Notes: generated from the letters alone by a model not told the origin. DNA of 63,889 bases, filler included, from Kipferlia bialata (GCA_003568945.1; 6 parts of 6 records of this genome joined end to end with filler, not necessarily neighbours in it), one strand, 5' to 3'; counted from the whole stretch's first letter, positions 1 to 13,931 are shown. A program made the numbers and translations.

Positions 1-54
<54 letters not shown>

Positions 55-420
55 TGTAAGAGGTAATTGTTAGATATATATCTTGAGATGGTGGGGTTGT
101 ATTAAGAGGTGGTGATACTGTGTGTAGTGCTGGGGTGGTACCAGGAGTGGATGGACACGTATATACTATACAGACTAATTCTACAAGACCCTGGACTAGA
201 TGTGTCTCCCTCTCTCCTCTCCCTCCTTGTATACACGTATTCATTGACTCAGGCTCAATGGCCGGACTGAATCTCTCTCTCTCCACCCTCCCTCAATCCA
301 TCTTTATACCAATTCAATGTACTGACACAGGATCCAACCCCAGACCTGGATATATACATACAGTGTAGATGCTACTTAGTATATATCCTGACTATGTATG
401 TTTACTGTATACTAATACAG

Positions 421-1732
421 GCCCCAACCCCTGAGCAGATCTGTGATACCTGTCAGTTCGAGGCTGAGATGGTGCAGGTATCTCTATATATACTATACAT
501 GAAAATATATATATTGTAAGAATGTACATATGTAAACATATAAAAAGTAAAGAATGACCATCTGTGACACCTGCCAGTTCGAGTGCAGGTATATAGAAAT
601 ACATGTATATTAACTATATCTACAGTATGTATCTCTATATATGGGACTGACACCTGTCAGTTCGAGGCTCAGATTGTGCAGGTGAATTGAGAGTATACAT
701 ATAGAGAGTAGCATATTAACCCCCCCCTCTCTCTCTCTCTCATGTCCAAAGCCCCTTATTCCAGACATATCATCTCTGACACCGATCGTGATGTATATAT
801 ATCCCCTAAGCCCTCGTTATTATATATATATATATATATCCTTAGCCCTTACTCCAGATCATCATTGAGGCTGAACATGATATCTTTCTCTCTCTCTCTC
901 TCCCTCTAGCCCCTTACTCCGGATCATCATTGAGGCTGAGCCCGTTATATTATATAGTAATATATATATACTATAGTATATGTATATGTCTATATATCCC
1001 CTCACTCATTTACTATAATACATGTATATGTGTATCAAGCCCCTCACTCCAGATCATCATTGAGGCTGAGCCCGTTATATTATATAGTAATATGTATATA
1101 CTATAATATATGTCTATATTTATATATCCCTCACTCATTTACTATAACACATGTATATGTGTATCAAGCCCCTCACTCCAGATCATCATTGAGGCCGAGC
1201 CTGATATCTCTCTCTCTTTCTCCCTCTAGCCCCTTACTGTATGTATATTTATATATATCTAACCCCTCACTCCAGATCATCATTGAGGCCGAGCCTGATA
1301 TATATATATATATATCCTAAGCCATCGTCATTATATATAAATTTATCTAGCCCCTCACTCCAGATCATCATTGAGGCCGAGCCCGACATGTCTGCAGATG
1401 ACGTCAGGGCACTGCTCGAGGACGAGTGCTACAAGACTATGGATAACGTATGTACATGTATATATATAGTGCTACTTGGCCAGGTATATAATATATATAT
1501 TATTCCACGAGACAATGGAGGGATTCAAGTGGACAGACATATATACTCTAGATACAAGGTTGACATCTCTCCAATATACATGTGTCAACTGTGATACTTG
1601 CCTCACCGAGTCCTACACCCTTTCCTACACCCTAACTCTCTCTTCTGCTGCACCCTTATTCCCAGGACCTGGGTATCCAGTACTGCATCAACCTCTACGA
1701 CCAGATGGTGGATCTGGTGGAGCAGGGTATGG

Positions 1733-1772
<40 letters not shown>

Positions 1773-2466
1773 CCTCACGTTCTATCAATGACATCCCACT
1801 GCTCTCTCACCCCCAGGCTACACCACCGACATTGTCTGTGAGCTCATGGGAAAGTAAGTGGAACATGCAGTTTAGTGAATGTATATACATAGTGGGTGAT
1901 GGATCATGTATCCTATGATACTGACAGTGTCTGTGAGCTCATGGGAAAGTAAGTGCATCATACATTAATATATATGTGTGTGTATCTATATATATGTATA
2001 TTGATAATGGGAGGTGACTCACCGATACTATTAGACTGATACCGACATTGTCTGTGAGCTCAAGGGAAAGTAAGTGCATACTCAAACATATTATTTAGTG
2101 AATGCATATACACAGTGGGTGATGGATCATGTATACTATGATACAGACAGTGTCTGTGAGCTAAGCGGAGATTAAGAACATACATACACTCATATATGAG
2201 AGTGGTTCTCATGTAGTGAGGTATGTGTGGGTGTCATGTATATGCATCGGTATGAAACTGTATTGTTCTGGTGTCAGTGCATTGTATAGTTACGTGATCA
2301 CAACCTCTACAATCGCATTGTGCCCATTTCCATTTCTGTAACTCCATTGACACCACGTGTGCTGGGAGCCATTTTTAGTCATATATTTACATGAACAGAT
2401 TGACATTACTAGTACGATTGATACATAACGGGGTGTATGTGTGTTACTAACGCCAGGTGTGCTTAG
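421..2466 (+). CDS. Saposin-B (SAPLIP) domain protein, multi-exon, 5' part probably upstream or off the contig
   Basis: Exons 421-477, 1364-1447, 1666-1726, 1817-1853 and 2457-2466 splice in frame to APTPEQICDTCQFEAEMVQIIIEAEPDMSADDVRALLEDECYKTMDNDLGIQYCINLYDQMVDLVEQGYTTDIVCELMGKCA*. This has the six-Cys saposin pattern (CxxC...C...C...C-x5-C). Confidence 0.85.
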
Positions 2467-2772
2467 AGTCCAAAGTTAGCTTAGCCGGACTGTGTAATAT
2501 TCTGGTTTCAACCACTATCCTAGCCTCTAGGTGATGGTTGGTGTGTGCGAGGAGGGTCCCTTGAAACAATAGATCCCATTGTGTGGAGTGATTCAAATGA
2601 GATTATGGCCGAAATACAAGTAGTAGAATAACTAACATTTGGATTGGAGTCTCTCACTTTGGCCAATAGATGGCGGCAGCTGCAAATACTCTCCCGCACA
2701 CTGTATTCCCACACATTGTCTCTACCCCTAGTCTAAATGTCTCAGATACACACTATACACGTTGGTGGCACC

Positions 2773-5700
2773 ATGTGTGGACTAGCCTCTACCATTGCTA
2801 TCATCATTGTTGCATCTGTCCTTGTGTCTGGCTGTACCTGCGCTGTCACTGTCAATGCAGCCATCAGACTACCCCCTGGCCATCCAGATGGGGGTATATA
2901 CCTGGCCACTGGTCTAAAAGAGCCATCCACTGCCTCCTTGGATGTGCAGGTGTATGATACAGAGCCAGGTGGGTCACACACTCTGGGTGGTGTTTATGCA
3001 GTATCACAAAGAGTTTTGAGGGTATTTATATTTCAACATCTCAGATATGCCATTTCTCTTGATTGGAGAGAACTTAGTTCAGATGGTGTCATTCCATAAC
3101 ATACCATAGTTGTATTCATTCTCAGGCTCTGCCGTAGACGTAGTCCTGGACTTAGTAGTGCCATGCACCACCACGGTGAGTGATCTTCAACAATATGTAG
3201 TAACACACTTCTACGGCTTTCTTGGACTGGAGAGTGTCACTGGTTACGTGGGGGTGTGATGTGCTACTATTGTTCAGAGCATATTAAATACTGATTCCAG
3301 GTCATCAACCTCCTGTACCCCCGTCTCTTCCCCTTCCCAGACCCTGAGGCCAGTGGTGTAGAGAGAGATACTAACAGTCACGACAGTGACCGTACCTTGC
3401 CCCCTGACTTCACATACCCCAACAGAGACGGAGGCGTCACATATAGGTAAGAGCCATTCACGTTCTCCCAGAAGAAGCCTCTATACTCAACTATCTTGTA
3501 ACAAAGATAGAGTCCTGCCTAATCTCCAGATACCTCCTTGGCTCCCTCGACTACCCCTTTGAACTAGTGGCCATATTCGAGGTGGACACAGTCGGGGAGG
3601 AGGTATGGTGACCCGTGTATTAACAATGACAATCTTCACTGCACATTTGAATGGGAGGTGGTATTGGTCACGGAGGAGGTGAGAGACCAGGTTACTACAT
3701 ATTCACTGGGTAGTCAGCTGTATAAAGATATGTAATGATTCCTTATGATAACAACCAGATCTACCCGTTCCTGCCAGGCACTGGGGTGTACAACCAACAG
3801 ACAGAGGTACTGCAGTCCGGTATTGAAGTGATGCTGTTCGATCCGGAGATAGTAAGACACTAATACCGGCTACGTATTGTTACAATACTATACGGTATAG
3901 TAATCTGGTAGAACATGAGCCTCATGATCTCTATAGATACTGTGGCATAGATACCCATGTCTCACTCACTCCAGGCCTCCCCAGGTGGTGTATACACACC
4001 ACTCCCCTATGACCCCATAGCAGTGGTCTTTGAGTGTCCAGACATAGAGACAGAGGCACTCGGCATGTTCTATGAGGTACTGTGCTGTCTACAAATACTA
4101 TACATTCTATATACTAATATCGAAACATTGTATAATACTATATGCTATATAATACAGAGAACCTCTATACTATTGAAAGATCCGATAGAGGTTGACAATG
4201 TGGATACTCGGTAACACTTCTCGTATTGCGTATGTAGTTCAAGTATTACACTTGACACTCAGGCTGCCAATGGTGACTCCTGGATAGACAACTCTGGCTG
4301 GCTGCAGGGGGAGGTCTGTGATCCGGAGCAGGTATGTGTTGATATAGTGTACTATATATGACATAGGGTCACTATTTCGTATTATGCCATTGTTACCCAG
4401 AGCATGTATGATTGTTCCACACACTCAATGTGTGACTTATGGTGTGATTTTCGTGTATACTTTGTCACCCCTAGGATTGGGCCGGTGTGACGTGTGTGGA
4501 TGGTCACGTCAAGGAGATACAGATCATAGGTACATGTATTGATACACTAAAAGAGCTATCAAAGTCGTCCCGAGACAACAGTATCTCTCACCATAGGGTT
4601 TGTGACCGGGTACCTTCACCCTGCCCTGCAGTGCCTCTCTTTCCTTAAGACACTGGAGGTGAGATGCATCATGCTACAAAGGACATAAAGAATGTAATAA
4701 CAAAAATGGTACTGTACTAAAGTATGATGTGAACTGGACTCTATTCTCATCACAGGCCAGAGGCGGTCTCAGAGGCACAATCCCTACCCTCAGCCCCACC
4801 ATGCAGTACCTGGATCTCATAAGTACGATGTATTGCTATGGAGTGTTAGACTACCTTACCACTATGATTACAAGCACTAATCAAGCAGGACCTCATAAGT
4901 ACGATGTACTGCTATTAAGAATCATGACAATAGTATATAGATACGTAAGTACGGAAATAGACCCGTCTGTAGCTACACTGTGTGCGTGTACATGTTAGAC
5001 GATATCTTTACCTTTGCTACATGTAACTGAATCTGTTTACTCATACCAGGCAATCCTCTTGGCCGGCCACGATGTGACGACCTGTCTCCGGTCATAGGGG
5101 TGGAACCTCTGTGCGAGCTAGTCAATCTGCAGGTATGCAATCTTCAAGGGTGAGAGTGAATTTCCACTATCTATTTCTCTTGTCATCTTTCTGACTCTTA
5201 GTACGCTCTCTTTGGTCAGAACCAGCTAGCAGGCCCCCTCCCGCAGTGTCTGTCCGACTTGACCTTCCTTAAGACCCTGGGTCTCAACCGCAACAACCTG
5301 TCTGGGTCCCTCCCGGACATGTCAGCAAGTGAGGTGGGTATATAGTGTAGGATGCGACGTGTTGGCCCTAGATATATGGAGTGTTCTTCCCTGATATGTA
5401 CCGAGATCCATGTAGCCACTGATATGTTTCAGTGGTATGCTTACAGGTTCATCTCTACGTGATTATAATATCATTATTGCAACTCTGATACCAACCCCAG
5501 TCACTTCGGGAGCTTGGTCTGTTTGGCAACCCGGTGGAGTGTGACCAGGTATAGTTGGTAGTAGATAAATTCAATCCTATATATACAGAGTTACATGTAG
5601 AGCAGGTATAGTTGTATCCTCTTGGAACCAATGACGAGTACCATCACTAGCGAGGCTATATATGGTACTACATAGTTCTCAAACTTGTCTGCTAACTCTT

Positions 5701-7030
5701 AGACGTTCCCTGACCTGGACTTGTACCTCTGTGGCTGTACCTTTGAGCAGGCATCTAGGTTAGTGACCCCTCTGTACATATTTCAATGCTCTGGTATATA
5801 CCAGTCACACTGGTAGTATTGGTTCTATGACTTGACATCATTGCGTAACGCAATCCCTTTACTTCTGACACTTCTGCTTGCACTCACGCAGGGACTTCTG
5901 CAGCAGACAAGAGCCTCAGGAGGACATGACGTCCCAGTACTTCAAGTGAGTATTATGCTATATACCACACAAATACTGGATGTGAGACCAAGAATGATTA
6001 TTGCCAAACATCTTAAGTATTCAGGCCTCTACCTCTAAGTAACAGGCTCTAACGCCAGCTGGCTGTCCTCCACTCCATCTGATAGTGACCCCCTTGCAGA
6101 TGGGTCTGATGAGTATCTGGTGCTACCTGGTGGGAATGGATGGTATGTAATAGCCCTCATACAATATTATACACTATGTTGACAATACATACTGCGGACT
6201 CAATTGTGAAAGTAGCTTTCACGACACATGACCCACACCTCAGTCTACTTGCTGGCCCTCAGGGATCAGGTCCAACGTCACACTCCTACAGGATACCCTA
6301 TGGGACGGCAGTGCATGTACCTGTCAGAGCCCTGTCCTTTGCTGAACCCTTGAGTGAGGGTGTGACTCTGGACGAAGCAAAGACTCAGACAGAGGAGGCG
6401 CTGATGGAGGTACAATTACTATATATGACATGTCAGAATCCTATTCCTTGACCTGTGTGAAGCCATATATATATACACTGCTATACATATATACACATTA
6501 CATATTTATATATATAAATGTATAGTATATTCAATAAGAATATATGATATAGAGAAATGTATACATAATCAGGAGTGAGCTACACTCCGTCTCACGTCAG
6601 ACCTTTGAGCGACGTGTTGTGATAGATGGCATGACACGGGGGACACTCTTCCCTGGATTCCTCCACTTTGCAAAGGCATACACCCTCAATGCACTGGCTG
6701 ATAACTCCCTGGGACATCCAGAGGGGGAGTGGGTGGTGAGTGTTATTACTCCTCACAGTGCAATGATATGTATTCAGCAATCTATCCTCAGTGCGATGAT
6801 GTTGTGGTGTGTTCTTACTGGAGAGATGAATACCTACGATAGTTGACAGGCCATTCTAACTCGAGGCAGGAGGTGGAGGCTGGTACGTGGCTGTCCCCGG
6901 TATGGCCAGGGGTCCCCACCAAATGGTCAGCACTGCCGAGTGGTATGTGTGTGAGACAGACAGTGAGACAGGGGTGGAGACATGCACGACTGAGTCATCG
7001 GAGGTGACATATGACATCGTGGTGCAGTAG
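2773..7030 (+). CDS. Secreted leucine-rich-repeat protein with LRR N-cap and an additional C-terminal domain, many exons
   Basis: Signal peptide MCGLASTIAIIIVASVLVSGCTCA; N-cap ANGDSWIDNSGWL..DWAGVTC; LRRs LRGTIP, NQLAGPLPQCLSDLTFLKTLGLNRNNLSGSLPDM. The donor AG|GTTAG near 5758 and acceptor ctcacgcag near 5891 continue the gene to ...EVTYDIVVQ* at 7030. Confidence 0.75.
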
Positions 7031-7326
7031 TGGCACATGGATAAAACACAAAAAAATAGATAACTGGAAAGAGTTCTTTCTAGGCTTGACGAGAACTTCA
7101 ACACACAAGTTTGCATCCATGTATTACCGAGATAGAAAGCCTCAATCTATATACGAGTCTCATGTTGCGAAGCCCTCACATTCAAGATGGCGTCAATCAT
7201 TACAGCTATGGGCCCAAAGTGTGCGTGAAGGACGATGTACTCCTCTACTAGACAGTAGCAGTTAGTAACAGGACACACAACACAAGAAGAACCCACTGAC
7301 CTCTATATAAGCCACGTTGCAGGGAC

Positions 7327-9440
7327 ATGTCAGTTGAACAGCCACCTGAGACCAGTATCATCCCTGACTCTCTCTTTGGGCGTCCCTTCACATGTCTCGG
7401 GGACCTCTTGCTGGAGGTGGAGAGAGAGACAGGGAGACAGTGGGAGGTGGCAGGTGAGGATACTTTGACACTATATCGACTTCTCTCTCCCTCTCTCTCG
7501 TCACCTTAACCTCAGCCAATGAGCAGACTATACGGTGCCTAGGTGAGAGGTGTGGGTGCCAGCTCCTGTTGACTCAGCCTACTGACGGGGTATACTCCCT
7601 TGTCAAGAGGGAGCTTGTCCCTGATGTTCCTGTCAGGATTCCTGACAGGGGACACTATTACACTCTAAGGCACCACGATCACGACGTGCTTCAGGTAATC
7701 TCTAACACATCACCGTCTCTTTTGTTTGTGCAGTATGGGTGTGTGGTTAACAGCAGTAGAGTTTCCCTCATATTCGCAACATATACACTATACTATACGG
7801 TAGAGGTCTGTATTGCAGGTTGTATACCCACCTGTCCACTCTCTAAACGCTATCATTCTCGGCGAGATTCTTTCGCCTCTCACCTCAGCCCTACTTGCAT
7901 GTGCGAAGCCTTGGTATGTGTTACATTGACCAAGACACTGGTCGGGACCTACGTCGGTACAGTAGACCTGTGGCGTGGCTATCCGCTAGGGAGTGCCTGA
8001 TTCCACTATTGTGCAGGCCCGAGATCCTCTGGGGACACAGCACTGGGTCAACTCACCATGTGCCAGTGGTACTCTATAAGGCAACAATGCCCACATTAGA
8101 GGTGCTTGAGGCTCGATCTTGTCCTAGGTAAGGGATTACTATACTTCGTGCCGCTAGAATGGTAACTACTCCTCCTTTCTACTACTGTTATTGTTTACCA
8201 GAGATCAATAGACTGTATCGTGTTTGCTTGGATTTGTCCAAGGTACAGGACACGTACAATCTACACTACTAAACACGTGATGAGCCAAACACGCACATAT
8301 CTCTAGAAACTGATATTCCATGTATAGGTATTTCCACCAGAGAATGAGTTCAGAGTTGATATGTGTATCGCACTTACAACAGGTTCCTCAGTATAGAACG
8401 TTTCCCAGTGCCCACTGAGGAGAGAAGGAAGAGAGAGATATACCGCCGTGCCTACTCAGCTCAGCTCTTCAACACAGTGGGGACCCAGGTAACCACACAT
8501 GTACCTAAACATATACACTGTACTGTTGATGTGGGTGTATATAGTAACTGACTAGCAGTTAGAACTCTGGGAATTGTAGACGCTATCGTATTCGTATTCT
8601 CTTGGCGTAAAGTGCCAACCGACAATCTGTGACAGATACACACTACATATTGGAGTAACATGTATTGATGATAATCAGGTTTTCATGTTTCTTCCTGGAG
8701 GCGGATACTATGCCCTTCACCTTGATACATACCAGTGGGAAGTGCTGGAATACCCGAGTAAGGATATGTGGCAGTTCTGTGATTGTCAAGAGGAGGAGAG
8801 TCTTACCTCTTTCGTGCTGGAAGATTGCATATACTATTGGGGGCAAGACGACTCCGTAAGAGATACAACCTACGCATGCACCAGGTATGACACCGATAGG
8901 CGTGTCTGGGAGAGAGTTGAAGTGCCTCACTCTGTTGTTCCAAATACTGCACCAAAGTCCACTAGGGACTCATGGAAGTGGAGGGTAAAGAGCTCTGTGG
9001 TACTAAGAGACACGGCTCACATATTCCTGGAAGGTAACACCAGTGCTGGTAGGTGCCACATAACCTATTCTACAAGAGAAGGGTTCCAGTATGAACAAAT
9101 TGTTGGTTCAACTGGTTTTGGGTACCTTTTCACCCGTGAGGTGGACGTTGCAGGAGACTTTGTAACTGCTGTCTGTGGCCAGAACCTCCTAGCCTATGAC
9201 TGTGTGTCAGGCATATCCAGCAGGTGGTGGATGAGCCTACATGCTATAGAGGGGCCATCTCTACCCATGCCATGTGGCACATCACTCTGGAGGGTCAGGA
9301 AGTATGACTATCCCTCCACCCAGACAGATGCCCTAGTGGTGACAGAGGTGGACAGGCAGTTGGTGTATCCACACCCTGAGATGTGGTGGGCACACACACA
9401 CGCACCGTACGCCTCGCAGGTGTTAGGGTCGGATTGGTGA
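7327..9440 (+). CDS. Divergent kelch-type beta-propeller-like protein, multi-exon
   Basis: The long last exon (ORF 8685-9440) has kelch-like motifs YYALHLDTYQWEVL, SFVLEDCIYYWG, RYDTDRRVWERV and SSVVLRDTAHIF. Upstream GT-AG exons run from the ATG at 7327. Confidence 0.55.
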
Positions 9441-10067
9441 TGGGGCGCCACATGATGTGTATATATGGTGGTGGGTTGGCTGATGTTATATGACCAATCC
9501 ATCAGGGGCTCTGTCTTGTGGCAAAGTACTTTACGTCTACCATCAGTAGCAAGATACTGAGTATCCACTCATCTCAATCACGTATATTATATATAACACT
9601 AATATTATTGATGCTGCATTGGGGAGTAGATTCAATCGAGTTGTCATTGAGTCACACCAGTGTGGTTGGATGTCTAACACTCTCTGTTACAATACGCTTC
9701 TTGGTATGGTAACAACTACACGCTGTCTCCATTAGGACGTCGAGTACTGATCATACATATAGAACTCATATTACCACAAAACCAAAGAATTACTGTTCAA
9801 TCAAGGCAACCCCATCTAGCAACTAGCAGTGTGGAACAATGTATCCAGAGTCATCATGCATCCATGGAATCTGGGGATTCTTCTTCAGGTTGTTAAAGGT
9901 GTCTTTCCTCAGGAAAACCCTGTATATAGGCACCACTCGAAAGTTACAGTGAGTCGATAGAAACCCTCTTACTATGATACCCTGCTGTTGAGAGTCTCAA
10001 CTTGAGGCCTTCACCTCACACTACCATTCACCATACACTGTCTCTCTACCCACTCGTCTGCTAGAGC

Positions 10068-11338
10068 ATGCCCAAGCCTCTCTCTGCCAATGATCTGCTA
10101 GACAGAGACGACTCTGTTCTGAGTCTGGAGTCGCTGAGCGGAGTCCCGCAACGGTTTTACCCCATCCCACTGTGCCACAACACCTGCCTAAATGTGTGTG
10201 ATCTCACCTTCCACCACATCACTAGACATGAGGGGGTGGCGCAACTAGTCCCTCCCGACCCTGGTGTGTACTCTGCATGTCCCTTTGATATCGGGTTCCC
10301 TCGTGCTGGATGCAGAATGGGGGATAGGGTCTTCATATACACGACACTCAGGCGCCGAGAGCAGCCAGATGGGGACATTCGTACCTCACTACCTGCTAAG
10401 CTGCTGATATACACTGTAGAGTCAGGTACGGAACTATATGGCTGTGATTCTATACCGTCACTCAAGAGAGAAACTGGACCAACAATAGTCTCACATACAG
10501 ACACATGGGAGGAGAAGACAGCAGGAGTCCCCAGAAGCATCAGCAGACATACGGTACTGACACTAATTTGTTAATGATTCCTGGGTTGCGTTTCCGACTA
10601 CATTGCTATCCTTATCCTACTAACGTTAGTCTCTAGAACCCTGTGGTGGTAAGCTCTTCCTGCTCAGTTCCGTGGACAACGGATGTGACGTCGCTGTGGT
10701 ATACCCTGACACCAACCCTGCTGTGGAGAAGCGCTGGGTGCTGACACTGCCACACACCCCTGTGATACAAGGGGAGACTTCGATTGTCTCTTCATCCCAC
10801 TTTACAGCCGATACCCTCCATGTGCTGCTAACCCGGGAATCAGGGGGCCCACGTGTGTTCAGAGAGTTTGTGTACCACACCGAGAGAGAGTGGCAGGAAG
10901 CAGAGAACCCACTCCCTTACCCCAGTTGCACATTCATGTGTGGGGTACCCAGTGACCACCTGACTCTTGCTATTGGGGTCTTCCTCCCACACACAATTCG
11001 GCTCATTGCCTTCAGCGGCATTGGACAGGACTGGACTGATCTTCGAGAGACCTCGTTTATCTGGAACGGACACTACCCACTCACAGCCACACAGAGTCTG
11101 GTGAGGACACTGGACTATGGAACCATGAGGTAAGAGAGTACTGCTCTTCATACTGTACTTGTGCAAACATATATTGTCACCTTCTATTTCCACTACAGAG
11201 TTGTATTGTAGCAACCAAAGTAGAAGTACCGTTGCATATACTGACACTGACCCCAGCATGGAGTGGTGTATCCTGCACGTAGACCACTCCTACATACACA
11301 GTCAGGGAGGGGTGCTAACAGCGGAGGACTTTCAGTGA
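10068..11338 (+). CDS. Hypothetical protein, possibly a divergent kelch-like paralogue
   Basis: Exons about 10068-10425, 10501-10552, 10630-11129 and 11257-11338. Motifs RMGDRVFIY, LLIYTVESDTWEE, CGGKLFLL and FVYHTEREWQE. Confidence 0.5.
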
Positions 11339-11643
11339 GGGTGTCTGAAGAGAGAATCTAAGTAGGCCTCCAGAGAACGAGAGAACGAGAGAACGATGTA
11401 CTATATTCCACATACGCAGAAGCACACTGTATCAACAACAGCGATTCAATAGACTGTCAACAGAGATACATGTTGAGTATCTGTCACATGACATTAATTT
11501 GTATGTGACTCTCTTCGTGATCGTCCCATCACCTATGAGTCTACTGATAGACTTACTAAGTACTGAAAGAGAAAGAAATTTACTGTATTGTTTCGGGTTC
11601 CCGCATTCTTGGAACAGAGAACACTATTGACTCTGAATCTCAG

Positions 11644-13643
11644 TGCATCTCATATACCCCGTGCGATATAAGTAGCGACACCTACCAATACAATGATGGT
11701 CCTATACTCCCTCTTGGTAAGTGGGACCCTCTTTCTTAGTCATTCCCTCTCATTCACTTATCTAAACCCAATCTGTGGCGTGGTATAGAGCAAGGCATTG
11801 CCTATGGGTCAGATGACAAATCTCTCACGCCACTCCCGCTCCCGCTCCGGCAGTCTTCCCCACCCCCCATCTACTACAGGGTATACCAGGGCACCGTTGA
11901 CACCCAGGACACCGGCAGTCACACCTAGTCTTGATCGAACCAGATTCAGAGTGTCAGTCCCTCCAGCCGTTATATAGCCACTTAGGTCTCTCATTTCTTT
12001 CTGGTCGAGTTATTCATTCTGTGTGCATAGTTGGGTAGTGCTCCAAATGTATATATATAGAGAGGGTAGTTCCTCCTTTAGTATTGAGAACACCACTCAT
12101 TTAGTACCATAGAGAGAGACAGATGAATATGAGAGAGAGAGTCACTGACAGTGGCACTATTTGTGACACAGAGTATGAGCTGTCACTACACCCACATTAA
12201 TACACTAAACTCCTTTGATGCTTTCCCTCCCTCTCTTTCACGCGCAGTTCCGTATTGTAGTAGTCTAGAGTATATTCAGGTTGGTGGAATCATTAGATCT
12301 TACTCAACATCCCCCCCCGCCCCGCCCCTATTAGCCCCTCTTACACTCATGTTCCTTGGTATTCCAAGCTCTCTATTCAGACACTCTCCTTTTCGTCCCA
12401 TTCCCTATACATATGAATATTCATATGTTCAGATTCCACAACCCTGTGTATGTGCCCCTCTGACTCTCCCTTATCCCCTCAGACTGCCGGTCCCCCACCT
12501 GTCCCAATGTACACAGAAAGTGTGCACATACACAGTAAGGAAGAGAGAGAGGGAGAGAGAGGGGGAGAGGGGGTGCTGGGTGATGTTGACCCTGCTCACA
12601 TTGTGAATGTAGGTATATATGCCAGTGCTACACATATATACAAGATACATGATGTATATACAATACCCATGCACCATACATTCAAATCTCAGACTCCTCC
12701 TCCTGCTACACCATCTACAACAACAGGACATTGTACATTGAATAGTATACATACATTCACTCTAGTGTGTATATGTGTAAGTATATACTGTCTTGCTGTC
12801 TTAACCTCAGGCTCCTCCTCCTGGTACACCATCTACAACAACATGATCCTGGAGCCCACTGTACCCTTCTACGCATCGGCAATGCCATCAGGTTAGGAAA
12901 TAGGGGTAAACACTATATGTACTATATTGTCACATATATATCTGAGTCAGATTCTGACTGTGTACTGTATGAAAACTGTGAGGTTCTGGAGGATCTATAA
13001 CTCCCTCAAGTAGGAGTATTTATATATCCAGGCATAACCACTCCCGATCAGTTAGTTGGTTGGTGTGGCAATACAACCATGTACTACTCCTCCATCTGGA
13101 GGGACACAGGGGGGGGGATGACATTCAACTATAACTACGCGGTGAGTGGGAATCCAATGGGTTTGTGCCATGTCTTGTCAGCTATGTATATGTTCATGTG
13201 TATGTAGAGGTCTGACCCCAGCTGCACTTCAACCCCTGTGGCAAGTATGTGGATGCATGTACCTACCCAGAGCAACCACCTGTGGGCATGTACCTGTCGT
13301 ACATATCAATCACGCCAACATACTTCTGGGGAGGTATGGCCACATGCAACATATACAACAGTATATATATATATATCTGTATGGCCACGAGTATAGTTTG
13401 TAGTTCTCTTCCTTGAATATATGTGTATTATGTGTATAGATATGCCATCAGACCCCAAGTGGCACATGTCTGTCACGATTATTATAGATAGTATGTGTTA
13501 ATTAGTATATATGTCAGCGGTGTATACTGTAGTTTGCATCAACTATGGTACTATATATATGTGCATCGTGTATACTAACCGTCAGACCACAACTGGCACA
13601 TGTCTGTCACAGTGGACACACCAGCTGCCCCAGTCAACCATGG
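11644..13643 (+). CDS. Multi-exon hypothetical protein (ends uncertain)
   Basis: GT-AG-bounded exons include 12811-12891 (SSSWYTIYNNMILEPTVPFYASAMPS), 13032-13141 (ITTPDQLVGWCGNTTMYYSSIWRDTGGGMTFNYNYA), 13222-13244, 13271-13332 and 13585-13643. No family recognised. Confidence 0.4.
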
Positions 13644-13931
13644 GTAAGTGCTGTTTGATACATTGTATACAATATGCAATTACCATATATTGGATTCAAT
13701 CCAATGTATGCACAATTACAAAGAAATACACAACATAATGTAGTGTCCTGTACACTCCCTAACTTTCACACCCTTCTCCCTCTTTGAGACGTCTTCGTAC
13801 GATATTGTCTATGGGTCCAGAAGCAGGAATAGACTCCTCTCTAGGGCCTCTTTAATTTTGGACACCGGACTTTCCTATTTTCCGACCGGAGACTAGCGCC
13901 GAAATCGTCCAAAACTTTTGAGAGCGTCCAA

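Noticed and set aside
5832..6038. Separate secreted protein starting MTSLRNAIPLLLTLLLAL
   Set aside because: It starts at TTG, and the 'signal peptide' lies in an intron of the LRR gene ending at ctcacgcag (about 5891).
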